From NCBI RefSeq assembly GCF_006345805.1, contig NW_021829938.1, positions 1-44,100 on the forward strand: DNA of 44,100 nt, written 5' to 3'. Of this stretch, positions 11,639 through 23,163 are shown piece after piece. The notes below the pieces were generated by a model. That model made no database searches. It saw nothing but the letters and a program-made list of their open reading frames with translations, and was not told the origin of the DNA. Made by a program: the position numbers and the translations under genes. Every line of letters starts with the position of its first letter. Positions within the stretch are counted from its first letter, which is position 1. The stretch is from Octopus sinensis (lineage: Eukaryota).

Positions 11639-12806
11639 TGTTATGGTTCGGCTAGTGCAGTATTCTTGACCCACTTTGTGGGAGTGGCGCTGCCTGCAAG
11701 TCTGGAATAAAAAGCTACAGCCCTTTGTTTACTGGAAGAGTAATGGCTTTTGGAGGGACCTTTGGCCTTGTGCCGGTCGATTGGGGGTCAGAGAGATGTG
11801 AGGGCCGAGGAAGATAGAGTAAGGAAGAATCTAGTGACAGTGAAGATAGAGAGAATATTAGCAGTGGAAAGACAGAGTAAGGGATCTGAGAGCTGTCATG
11901 AGAGAGTGAGAGCAGCAGCGCCGATAGAGATAGACAGAGTAAGGGATCTGAGAGCAGATAGAGAGGATATTAGAGCTAAGAGAGGGATTGAGGGTAGTGA
12001 TAGAGTAAGAGGTTTTTGGTCAGTCGGTATTCGGTCGTCAAAGCGGACAGTCGTGATTTGGAAGTCAAAGCGAGCAGTTGGAATTTTAGGAGCGAGGATT
12101 TGGGAATTCGGGGCAAGAGTTTGGCAAGTTGGAGCTAGCAGTACTGAGAGAGAGGAACTACAATATGGGACACTGGCTATTCTAATTAGGAATTAAGGTA
12201 CGTGAATTGTGTATTGATATGTGAAGAAAAAGAAGGAAAAAGAATTGATGTATTGAACAGTGAAAAGAAATGAGACAGTAAAAAGGAATTTAATGAACAT
12301 TGTGAATTGTGTAAAGACATTGTGTACAGTGTTGTGATCTGCACATTGTATAATGAACATTGAACTGTTAGCCTGTAATGTCCTTTGAACTGTATATGAC
12401 TTGTTGATGTGTTTTGAAACAGAACTGTGTCTTCGGACGTGTACTCTTGAAATGCTACCTGTATTGATTTGTTGTTTCCTTTAAATGCTTTGATCTGTGG
12501 TATACCCGTATGATGTATTGAGTTGTTACGTGCATGTCCTCTTTTAAATGTATCTGAAATGTATTTGATGTTGTAACAATTGATTGTCATATAAACTAGT
12601 TGTTAAATGTAAGCCAGTTGTGCCTTGCCTTTTTGTGTCTCTCTCGGTTGCCTCTGTATCTCTTTGTGCTGCTGCTGCTGTTGTTGTTGTATCTATCTCT
12701 CTCCTCTCCGACGAGTTTCCGTGGCGAAAACATTCGCTGCATCGAACGGGCCTGGGTGTGAGGGATTCCGTAACAGTTCGAATCGGAGGTCCCCCCAGTC
12801 GTAACA
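11639..12806. mobile_element. Probable solo LTR (~1.17 kb)
   Basis: Termini TGTTATG...CGTAACA (TG...CA with inverted ends), higher GC than flanks, internal short direct repeats, inserted in (TA)n; no internal pol domain. Confidence 0.65.
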
Positions 12807-12871
12807 ATGTATATATATATATGTATATATATATTTAAGTCTCTCTAAAGGAGACTACAGCAGCGGTACTG

Positions 12872-13063
12872 GATATTAATAGTTATCGCCAAGTTAAAAT
12901 GGCAGTCCAGAAAAATAGGACGAATGCTGCCGTTCGAAGGTTATAATGGACACAGGTTCTTGTGTCACATAGCTAGCTAGAAGCGATGGCCTCTTGGAGC
13001 TAATCAACGGCAGCATTCGTCCTATTTTTCTGCCATGTTAGCTTGGCGATAACTATTAATATC
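12872..13063. mobile_element. Fold-back (palindromic) MITE with ~60-bp arms
   Basis: GATATTAATAGTTATCGCCAAG...GACGAATGCTGCCGTT is the reverse complement of AACGGCAGCATTCGTC...CTTGGCGATAACTATTAATATC. Confidence 0.8.
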
Positions 13064-13199
13064 TATCTATCTATCTATCTATCTTGGCGTCCTTGAAGTG
13101 TAGACGGCATTTTCTGTTGCTCCTTCGCCGTTCTAAAAAATAGCGTTCGTAACACTTTATCTCGTTCGGCTTAACAGCCCTTCATGTCTTGTTATTCTC

Positions 13200-13630
13200 C
13201 TTGTCCTGTCTTTTACTGTTTATATTTTCTACTGTCGTTACTGTCCTGTTTTTCTTACCATTTTTACCCCTCCGCAAAAAGATCTCAAATTTTATTTAAT
13301 TTGCTTTTCGCGGGAAGGAAATTTTCTATCGAAGATGCGTATCGCCTTCATCTTCGAAACGCAGAGTAGATGAAACCATGGCGACTGAAGAAGGGGGAAT
13401 GTTCCTTGTGTTATTTGTTGTTGTTGTTTAAGAAAAATGTCCAGTTCCTTGGTTTTGTGTTTATGTTTTCGTTTCTCATTGTGTTCGACGTTTTTTTTTG
13501 GTGTCCTGTACCCATATATGCATGTATATATACATGTAGAGGTAGGTAGTACACATATGTATGTATATATGCATATGTTTTGTTTATTAATTTATATATA
13601 TGTATATATATATACTTGTATACATACGAA
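13200..13630 (+). mobile_element. Family B repeat with permuted hammerhead-like motif at 13336-13391
   Basis: TGCGT-A-TCGCC...CTTC-GAAA-CGCA...GGCGA-CTGAAGA; body homologous to other family B copies. Confidence 0.7.
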
Positions 13631-14112
13631 TAAATGTATATGCATAAATATATGTAGATGTGAATGTGTATATGTATGTTTTGTACGTATGCATGTGTGT
13701 ATGTACGTATGTATGTGTAAACGTATAAACGTTTGTATGTGTGTGTGTGTGTGTGAATATGTGTACATGTGCATATATGAGTGTGTAAATGTGTATATGT
13801 GTGTGTGTAAATGTGTATACATATTCCCACAGTGGGTTTTGTTTGAAGCCCCTTGAGCAGTAGTGTAGTAGGTGCTTGATTACTGTCGGTGCAAGAAGAG
13901 GTCATATTATTATTTTTGCTCACAGCTAAGGCCATCGATTTAGCTTAAAAGAGAGAGAAAAGAACTGACGAATATGCCAACCATTTCCATCCAATACCGA
14001 GCCCTTTTGTCACTAATACTCCTTCAGTATAGCCCCGGGGACCTCATTAAGGTAAGCTGGAGAAAATAGGCTAAGCTAGAGAAAATGTCAAAGTAGTAGT
14101 GGGGATCCCTAG

Positions 14113-14533
14113 GGATTTTTTCGGTTTGAACGGCAGTTTTTTCTAGCGGTGTCATATGAAATTGTCACCCATAATTATGACCCTAGTATCGATCTATTGC
14201 ATTTCAATCTGTTTTAGGGTTTAGGGTTACGGGTGGGGGGAAGGGTATCTTTTTTTTCTTCACAAACGTAAATAAAGCCAATCTGTTTCTTAAACGAGGG
14301 ACATATTCATACGGCACAGAATGTTTTTTAACTCAATGGACATCATTGATTGGTTGAAATTGCAGAAATTGAAGAAAAAACAACAACAAATATGTTACAA
14401 ACTATAGAATTTTCTCAATAAAGCCAAGAGAAAAAGATGTTTTATAAACACATTCTACCAGTATACGAAGTTTAAAAGTGTTTAGTTACGTGGAAATTAT
14501 TTTAAAAAACTGCCGTTCAAACCGAAAGATCCC
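14113..14533 (+). mobile_element. TTAGGG-bearing TIR MITE
   Basis: Homology to 6651-7072. Confidence 0.9.
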
Positions 14534-15395
14534 GATTGCCCCCTCCCCCAAAATTTCGAGCCTTGTGTCTAGAGTAGAAACGAATAATGGAAGAGAACCT
14601 AGCTGTGGCAGCCATTAAGGGGCAAGTAATAACAGTAGCTGTAGAAGAAAGAAGAAGAAAAAACCCGTTAAAATGAAAAGAGAAAAGAAAAACCGATATA
14701 GTGTTATAGAGTTCAATGCTTCAATTATCTGGTTTCAGATTATGTCAGGGTCATAAGTTATATATGAGTATCAATGTCTTCTGTTACAGATATTCAAGGG
14801 AAAATATATTTGGAACGCAGCTAGCAATCAGTCAGTCGCTACATTATCATCAGACTACTGCTGTAACTCTGTTGCAATAATACTGTAATACGACTGCTAC
14901 GCTGCTGCCATGACCTGTCCGTCCACTTGCCCAACACGTGCTAACCTGTTGCTACCCAACTGCTGTTATACTGCTGAGCTATCGATACTCTGCTGTCTTT
15001 CAACAATTAAATAAGCTTTCACTGTGCAACAAGTCCGCTTATTCTATTGTATCTACTGCAGGTTTACGTTGACGAACATGGATTGGGGATATGACAAAGA
15101 GAGAGAGAGAGAGAGAGAGAAGGCTGTATCTACTGCAGGTTACATTGACGAACATGGATTGAGGATGTGACGGAGGGAGAGAGGGGAAGAGAGTGAGAAA
15201 GGGAAGAGAGGAGGAAGGGGAGTTAAAACAGAGGTTGTTGAGAGAGATAAAAAGAATGAGAGGAAAAAAGAGAAAAGTGAGGGAAGGATGTTGAAGGTGG
15301 GGGGAGAACGAAAGAAAATAAGAGAATATGGATGGTTGAGAGAAAAGAGAAGGAAGAGAATTGGATTATCAAATAAATTCGCTCGTTTGTCGTGT

Positions 15396-15601
15396 TGTTT
15401 ACCTCAATAGACGTTATTGATTGGTTGAAATTGCAGAAATTGAAGGAAAAAAACAACAAATATCTTACAAACTATAGAATTTTCTCAATAAAGCCAAGAG
15501 AAAAGATGTTTTATAAACACATTCTACCAGTATACGAAGTTTAAAATTTTTTAGTTACCTAGAAATTATATTAAAAACTGCCGTTCAAACCGAAAAGATC
15601 C
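15396..15601 (+). mobile_element. TTAGGG-MITE, 3' half only
   Basis: Homology to 6870-7072. Confidence 0.85.
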
Positions 15602-15996
15602 AGGATTTGAAATGAAATAACAGAAAAAGATAGGGGAAAAAGCGAATGAATTTATCTAACAAATAATTATAAAAGAAAGGAAGAAAGACTGAATGAATGA
15701 GTGATGGAGTAAGAGAAAAGATGAGAAGGTAATATGTAATAGAGGGTAAGAAGAAAAAAGAGGAAGTGTTGTTGCAGAACGAAAGCGTTAAATAGTGACT
15801 TGAGATGCAGAATGAGAAAGATACGAGGGAAAGAGAAACAAAGAGAGGAAAGAGAGAAAGAGATAGTGAAGAAAAAATACGAATGATAGCGTACAGAGGA
15901 ATACAAGAGAAGTTAAGGCATTCATTCTTTTCCGTTCGTAAAAGATTCGGAAGTTTTGATGTATTTGTGGCACTTGGTTGCTTAAAAACTGATCAC

Positions 15997-16043
<47 letters not shown>

Positions 16044-16181
16044 ACGCCGCCTCCCCTTTAATTTTCCATCTCTCTTCCATACATTCTTCCTACTATCCAT
16101 TATCAAATTAAAGCGTATTCTAGTGCATCTATATTTATCGATCATTTGCTGAACACGCAGCGTGTGTGTATATATATATAT

Positions 16182-16213
<32 letters not shown>

Positions 16214-16300
16214 ATATATTAATATATACATATATGTATATGTAACCTATGTATTATTTATATATATATATATATGTATATGTACCTATGTATATGTACC

Positions 16301-16362
<62 letters not shown>

Positions 16363-16365
<3 letters not shown>

Positions 16366-17266
16366 TCTTCTAAGAGTTATACGTTCTTGTCCATGTTGTA
16401 TTTTTCTACATACCTTAACATATATTCCAGGCGCCCGTACACCCCCCTTATCATTAATGTGAGCACATATTCTTAATAATGGTACGACTCTCTGTTTGTC
16501 CTCTCTCTCTCTCTCATTTTTACTTGATCTGCCCCTCTCTCTCTTTTCTCTCTACTCATCCTCTTTTTCTCTTCTCTTTCCTCTGATTCTTTGGTCTAGT
16601 CTTCACTACCCTCCTATTTCTTTGTCTCGCTCTGCACTCACAGGTCATTCTTCGACACCCATCCCTTCTCCTCTATGATTCCTTCTTTCTCTCTCTTCTC
16701 TCTCTTTGTTGCGTTTGTCCCTCCCCTATCTCTCTCTCTCTTCCTTTGCTTCTCTTTCTTTCTTTCCCTCTTCTCTGTCACGTGACTGTTGCCGAAATCT
16801 GCCTTCAGCTCCTGACCCTGTCGTGTCAACATCGTGTTTTTCGTCCGCCGCTATAAAGGCTTCTTCCAATGCGCAGAGAAAAATTTGTTTGCTTGTTATC
16901 AGTCGTAAGACACTTGTTGTTTTCACCGTTAATGCTTCTGTATTTCATGTTTCTGTATTCCATTATTGTTTTTTTTTTTCTTTTTTTTTTATATCTGTCC
17001 CTTTTGCTGTCCTGGTTTGTTCGTATGCATCGATCCCTCTTCCAGGAAATCTACGCTTCCAGCTTAGTTTTTCTAATGCTCGTTGTTAGTTTTTCTTGGC
17101 GGGCTGGCCGTGATCTAGTAATCTCAAGATTTAATCAGGCCGAAATTACTACGATGATCCGGTTTCTTGACTGAAGACTGAGGGTTTCGAGTGTCCTGTC
17201 CGTGTTTATTGTGTCGTCTTCTAAGAGTTATAGTTCTTGTCCATGTTGTATTTTTCTACATACCTA

Positions 17267-17268
<2 letters not shown>
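16363..17268 (+). mobile_element. Family A retrozyme-like element: one ~770-850-bp unit plus ~57-bp terminal direct repeat, in (TA)n
   Basis: Reverse complement of the 37.3-39.6 kb tandem unit; 16363-16420 repeated at 17214-17268; permuted HHR-like motif at 17116-17177. Confidence 0.85.
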
Positions 17269-17299
<31 letters not shown>

Positions 17300-17519
17300 C
17301 GTATATGTATATGTACCTATGTATATCTATATATATAGATATATATTATTTTTTCTAGTTATATATATATATACAGAAAGGGCACAGAATAAAACAAGGG
17401 GAGAAAAATGTGGTAGGGCTAACGATCTATCATATATATATATATATATATATACTAAGCAATAAAGGTTTAGAACGAGTTGCCTTACCACATACCGAAT
17501 TAGAAATAGGTCAAAGAGT

Positions 17520-17724
17520 TATAGTTTTCTTCTAATATATATAATAGATCGTTAGCCACTACACATTTTTTTCTCTCCTTGTTTTTTTCTGTGTCCTTTC
17601 TGTAGAAGAGAGCGTAGGCTCGAAACGTAAAGACGTTTTCTATTTCTGAGTGTTTTTCTAATACATCTGTTTGTTTTGTACACCACCTGTCTTCGTTTCT
17701 TTTGTTTTTTTCGTAAACATTCCC

Positions 17725-17725
<1 letters not shown>
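17520..17725 (+). mobile_element. Family C repeat with minimal hammerhead-like motif (17596-17633)
   Basis: CTTT-CTGTAGA-AGA-GAGC-GTAG-GCTC-GAAA-CGT-A-AAG; partial inverted copy at ~17368-17432. Confidence 0.65.
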
Positions 17726-17755
<30 letters not shown>

Positions 17756-17793
17756 ATATATATATATATATATGATATATGTATGTATGTATG

Positions 17794-17830
<37 letters not shown>

Positions 17831-17927
17831 CTTACATATGTGGGTATACATATGTATACATTCATACACATAGATATAAAGATTCATATCTATATATGCA
17901 TGTTTGCATGCATACAAACAAATATTA

Positions 17928-17971
<44 letters not shown>

Positions 17972-17974
17972 ATG

Positions 17975-18064
<90 letters not shown>

Positions 18065-18096
18065 GTATACATACTATACATACATATATATATATA

Positions 18097-18173
<77 letters not shown>

Positions 18174-18346
18174 CGGAGATGTACTCGCATAGCAAGTAAT
18201 TTGATCTGAGATCGTGTGCTGAAACGAAAACAATTGCAGCGTGGAAGGTGTTTATAAGCCATTTAAGAAACACAAATGTTGAAGTGAATCGAACGGCTTT
18301 TGTGTGTTTCTTAAATGGCTTATAAACACCTTCTACGCTGCAATTG

Positions 18347-18405
<59 letters not shown>

Positions 18406-18608
18406 TATATATATATATATATATATATAATATTTGTATGCATGCAAACATGCATATATAGATATGAAATCTATATATCTATGTGTGTATGAATGTATAC
18501 ATATATATACCCACAAATGCGTAGATTATATATATATGTATATATATATAATATATATAATATATGTATATATATATATATATATGTACAATATATATAG
18601 ATACATAC

Positions 18609-18673
<65 letters not shown>

Positions 18674-18680
18674 CATGGAT
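17725..18680. repeat. (TA)n-dominated microsatellite field
   Basis: Direct inspection. Confidence 0.9.
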
Positions 18681-19044
18681 GTGCGGTGTGTCTGTGTTAG
18701 TGTATGTATACTCTTTTACTTGTTTCAGTCATTTGACTGCGGCCATGCTGGAGCACCGGCTTTAGTCGAACAAATCGCCCCCCCCCCCGCCAGAACTTGT
18801 TCTTTGTAAGCCTAGTACTTATTCCATTGGTCATTTTTGCCGAACCTGCTAAGTTACGTTCTGAGTTCAAATTCCGCCGAGGTCGACTTTGCCTTTCATC
18901 CTTTCGGGGTCGATAAATTAAGTACCAGTTACGCACTTAATCGACTTAATCCGTTTGTCTGTCCTTGTTTGTCCCCTCTGTGTTTAGCCCCTTGTGGGTA
19001 GTAAAGAAATATATATATATTATATATATATATATATATATACG

Positions 19045-19280
19045 TATATATAAGTACAAAATGGGACAAGAACGCAAAACATTCAAATAGACGATACAAA
19101 AACCTGGACGGGTCATTCGAAGCCTCTAATCTTTAGTCAAGAATCGGATCATCCTCGCAATTTCGGCTGATTAATCTTGAGATTGCTCCGATCTGGCCAG
19201 CCCCAAGGAAAAAGTAAGCTACGAGCATTAGATTTCTTGGAAAAAGGATTGAATTTATACGAAACAAGGACAGAAAAACG
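19045..19280 (-). mobile_element. Diverged family A subfamily copy with permuted HHR-like motif (19130-19186, core G5A)
   Basis: Homologous to 37290-37500; GCAAT/ATTGC replaces GTAAT/ATTAC in stem III. Confidence 0.7.
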
Positions 19281-19896
19281 GACAATGTTACACGAATATA
19301 AATACAAAGAACAAAAATATAATACGAATATAAATACAAAAAACAATAATAATAATAATAATAATAACAGGACATAACAACAGGCATCTTTCGACTTAGA
19401 CGAATTGAACTCAGCTGGCGTATTTGAAAAATAATGACAGGCTTCTTTCAGTTTCCGTGTACCAAATCTATACAAAAGCTTGTGCGCTGTAAGTCCAATG
19501 CGAGAAAGCGAGAAAGATATTAGTCCCCAAATCAAACCCTTACTGACATTTTTAATGAAAATAAGTATCTAGTTGAGGACCCTTTGATATAAAACGTCCG
19601 ACTGAAACCGTTTCCGGTCATCCCGCTCTTGCTTATCACTCGATGTCAATACTTCGAGGGAGGCGCTTTTTTTTTCTGTTTTTTGTCGAATAAGCAGACG
19701 ACAGAATAATCCAATAATGTAAACATACCTCGTTAATTAGATGGCTGGAGTCTGGTGGAACAATAATCATATCATCTACGTGAATACATAGATACAGGCA
19801 TAAACGGGCGCGTATTTATACAAGTGTATCAACATATGCACACACGTACGTATGTATGTATATGTGTGTGTGTATGTATGTATGTATGTATGTATG

Positions 19897-19930
<34 letters not shown>

Positions 19931-19931
<1 letters not shown>

Positions 19932-20101
19932 GGCTGTGTGATAAGTAACTTGCATACGAACCACATTGTTCCGGGTTCAGTCCCACTGCGTGGAACCTTA
20001 GGCAAGTGTCTACTACTTAGCCTCGGGCCGACCAAAGCCTTGTGAGTAGATTTGGTAGACGGAAACTGAAAGAAGCCCGTCGTATATATATGTATATATG
20101 T

Positions 20102-20148
<47 letters not shown>

Positions 20149-20410
20149 ATGTGTGTGTGTGGTGTGTGTGTGTGGTGTGTGTGTGTGTGTGGTGTGTGTG
20201 TGTTGTGTGTCTGTGTTTGTCCCCTCCCCAACATCGCTTGACAGCCAATGCTGGTGTGTTTACGCCCCCGTAACGTAATATAGCGGTTCGGCAAAAGACA
20301 CCGATAAAATAAGTACTAGGCTTGCAAAGAATAAGTCCTGGGGTCGATTTGCTCAACTAAAGGTGGTGCTCCAACATGGCCACAGTCACATGATTGAAAC
20401 AAGTAAAAGG
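19931..20410 (+). mobile_element. tRNA-derived SINE (family 2, internal microsatellite)
   Basis: TGGCTGTGTGATAAG...GGTTCAGTCCCACTGCGTGG head; conserved tail GGTGCTCCA.CATGGCC.CAGTC...TGAAACAAGTAAAAG. Confidence 0.85.
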
Positions 20411-20589
20411 GTATATATGATGTAAAACATTAACCCTCCGTTAATGTTTACATCTTGACCCAAGACACAAACAGTAACCATATATATTTTTTTTTACTTG
20501 TTTCAGTCATTTGACTGCGGCCATGCTGGAGCACAGCCTTTAGTCGAACAAATCGACCCCAGGACTTATTCTTTGTAAGCCGAGTACTT

Positions 20590-21100
20590 ATTCTACAATG
20601 TAACCACGTGTGTATTCTTGGCAATTTTCTTCCCCGTCTTCCCTTCCTTTGGACTTTCCCCTATTTCTGAAGAAGAGCTTTGCTCGTAACATTAAATCCT
20701 CTTTCTTCTCCTGAGCGTCTGATAATACAGTACTTGCACCACGTCCTCGATTTATTGTCTTTTCTTCTTTGTTTGGATTCACTATATATATATATACTTG
20801 TTCTGATACACCTCCGAATGGGGAACAATTCTTAAATAGATTTCCCCCAAAATTCCTGTCCTCGGAATCTACATGGCCCGAGGTAAAATGTGACCGCGTG
20901 TGTACCGTTGGCGATTATTTTTCCTCCACCTTCCCTTCTTTGGATCTTTCCTTTTCCTATGTTTATGACGAAGAGCACTGCTCGAAACGTTAAACCCTCC
21001 TTGTTTCCTTCTTTCCTGAGCGTCCAATAATACTATATTTGTTCCACGTCCTCTCGTTGTTGTGTTTTCTCATTGTGTTTTCATGTTTGGATAAACTATA
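20590..21100 (+). mobile_element. Two tandem family C units, each with a minimal hammerhead-like motif (20663-20697, 20961-20995)
   Basis: ATTT-CTGAAGA-A-GAGC-TTT-GCTC-GTAA-CAT-T-AAAT and GTTT-ATGACGA-A-GAGC-ACT-GCTC-GAAA-CGT-T-AAAC. Confidence 0.65.
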
Positions 21101-21109
21101 CATATATAT

Positions 21110-21520
21110 TTTTTTTCTTGCTTGTTTTTACCCCTCTGCGAGGTAATTTATTTTAATTCTCTCGCAGGAAGGACTAGTTTGGCGAGTCGTGTTCTGTCTT
21201 GCATACGAAACACGCTAGAGTCGAACTAGTGACAGCTGATGAAGGGGATTTTTCCTTGTGTAGTATGTCCTGTACTCTGTTTTTCTGTTGTAAAAAAATG
21301 ATTTTTCCGTTTTCGTTTCTCGTTGAGTTCTACGTCTCTGTTTTTCTGTTGTAAAAAATGTTTTTTCCGTTTTCGTTTCTCGTTGAGTTCTACGTCTAGT
21401 TGTGGTGTCCTGTACTCACGTATAAGATATATATATACATGTAGATATACATTTATATATACATGTAGATGTAGGTACGTAAATATATGTTGTATGTATG
21501 CATATATTTTATTTATTACA
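21110..21520 (+). mobile_element. Family B repeat with permuted hammerhead-like motif (21188-21242) and an internal ~60-bp tandem duplication
   Basis: CGTGT-T-CTGTC...GCATAC-GAAA-CACG...GACAG-CTGATGA. Confidence 0.7.
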
Positions 21521-21761
21521 CTATAATTATATATATATATATATTAATATATATATATAATATATATATAAACATCTATATAATTATAGATGTTCGTTCG
21601 TTATATATACGTGTATGCATATGTGCATTAAAAAGTATATGCGTATGTCTATAAACAGAGTATATACAAAAAATTTAATACGCAAGTAATTAGGCAAGAA
21701 CGGAAATTGGCTCAGCTGGACTATGCACACATGCTCGCGTAGCACACACGCTCTCTCTCTC

Positions 21762-21815
<54 letters not shown>

Positions 21816-21847
21816 GCACACATATTCGTATAAGCATACATGCATAT

Positions 21848-22235
21848 GTGGAGTGGAAGCACTCCGTCGGTTACGACGACGAGGGTTCCGGTTGATCCGA
21901 TCAACGGAACAGCCTGCTCGTGAAATTAACGTGTAAGTGGCTGAGCACTCCACAGAGATGTGTACCCTTAACGTAGTTCTCGGGGATATTCAGCGTGACA
22001 CAGAGAGTGACAAGGCCGGCCCTTTGAAATACAGGTACAACAGAAACGGGAAGTAAGAGTGAGAGAAAGTTGTGGTGAAAGAGTACAGCAGGGATCACCA
22101 CCATCCCTGCCGGAGCCTCGTGGAGCTTTAGGTGTTTCGCTCAATAAACACTCACAACGCCCGGTCTGGGAATCGAAACCGCGATCCAACGACCGCGAGT
22201 CCGCTGCCCTAACCACTGGGCCATTGCGCCTCCAC
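21848..22235 (-). mobile_element. tRNA-derived SINE (family 1)
   Basis: Head on minus strand at 22160-22235; homology to other copies. Confidence 0.85.
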
Positions 22236-22370
22236 ACATGCAGATGTATACTTGTATACGTACATTGACAAGGGAGTGCTTTGGGTAAAAGAAAATACAG
22301 GACAATCAGTTAATTATGATTTTATTCAACATATTCCTCGCTCAGATTCGCACACTTATTGCAGCGGTCC

Positions 22371-22469
22371 TTCAGTTTTTCTAAGCCCTGTAAAAGTACT
22401 CGGAAGGTTGGGCCACCAAATAGGCCTTTCGCGGTATCCTTAAAACCAGGAGTTCAGCACGCCCTCGTA
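22371..22469 (-). mobile_element. Tc1/mariner-like terminal remnant
   Basis: Minus strand begins TACGAGGGCGTGCTGAA, resembling mariner TIRs. Confidence 0.4.
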
Positions 22470-22656
22470 TCTGTAACCACTCGCTGAAATATTTTTCTCC
22501 TCAAGTTTTAAATTAGAGTTTCTTCTTCCGAGAAGAATTACCTTCACCCATGGTTTTGTCAAAAACAATAGGAGCCCCTGTGTGTGTGTGTGTGTGTATG
22601 TTCGAATTATTCCAATATATCTGATGTGCCAAACAATCGGAACAACTTTCCTAACA

Positions 22657-22957
22657 GAGTGGCTCTGTGGTAAAAAGCTTGCCTACCAACCACATGGTTC
22701 CGAGTTCAGTCCCACTGCGTGGCACATTGGGCAAGTGTCTTCCACTATAGCCTCGGGTCGACCAAAGCCTTGGGAGTGGATTTGGTAGACGGAAACTGAA
22801 AGAAGCCCGTCGTATATATGTATATATATATGTGTGTGTGTGTATGTTTGTGTGTGTTTCAGTGTGTGCGCGTGTGTGTCTATATGTGTTTGTGTCTGTG
22901 TTTGTCCCCCCCACCGGCGCTCGACAACCGATGCCGGTGTGTTTACGTCCCCGTAAA
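22657..22957 (+). mobile_element. SINE family 2 (3' truncated)
   Basis: Homology to 19931-20410. Confidence 0.85.
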
Positions 22958-22999
22958 CATACATACATACATGCATACATGCATATATATATATATATA

Positions 23000-23163
23000 G
23001 GATGGGCTTCTTGTAGTTTCCGTCTGCCAAATCCACTCACAAAGGTTTGGTCGGCCCGAGGTTATAGTAGAAGACACATGCCCGAAGTGCCACGCAGTGG
23101 GACTGAACCCGGGACCATGTGTTTGGGAAGCAAGCTTCTTACCTCACAGCCACTCCTGCGCCT
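23000..23163 (-). mobile_element. SINE family 2 head, inverted relative to the preceding copy
   Basis: Reverse complement matches 22660-22815. Confidence 0.85.

Noticed and set aside
15788-16045. Poly-Q ORF (QQQQ...RDQFLSNQVPQ)
   Set aside because: CAG microsatellite, stop just upstream in frame, no convincing splice sites or domain
16726-16926. Family A ORF (CALEEAFIAADEKH) as a GIY-YIG remnant
   Set aside because: Only a faint resemblance, on the strand opposite the ribozyme motif, and frames differ between copies
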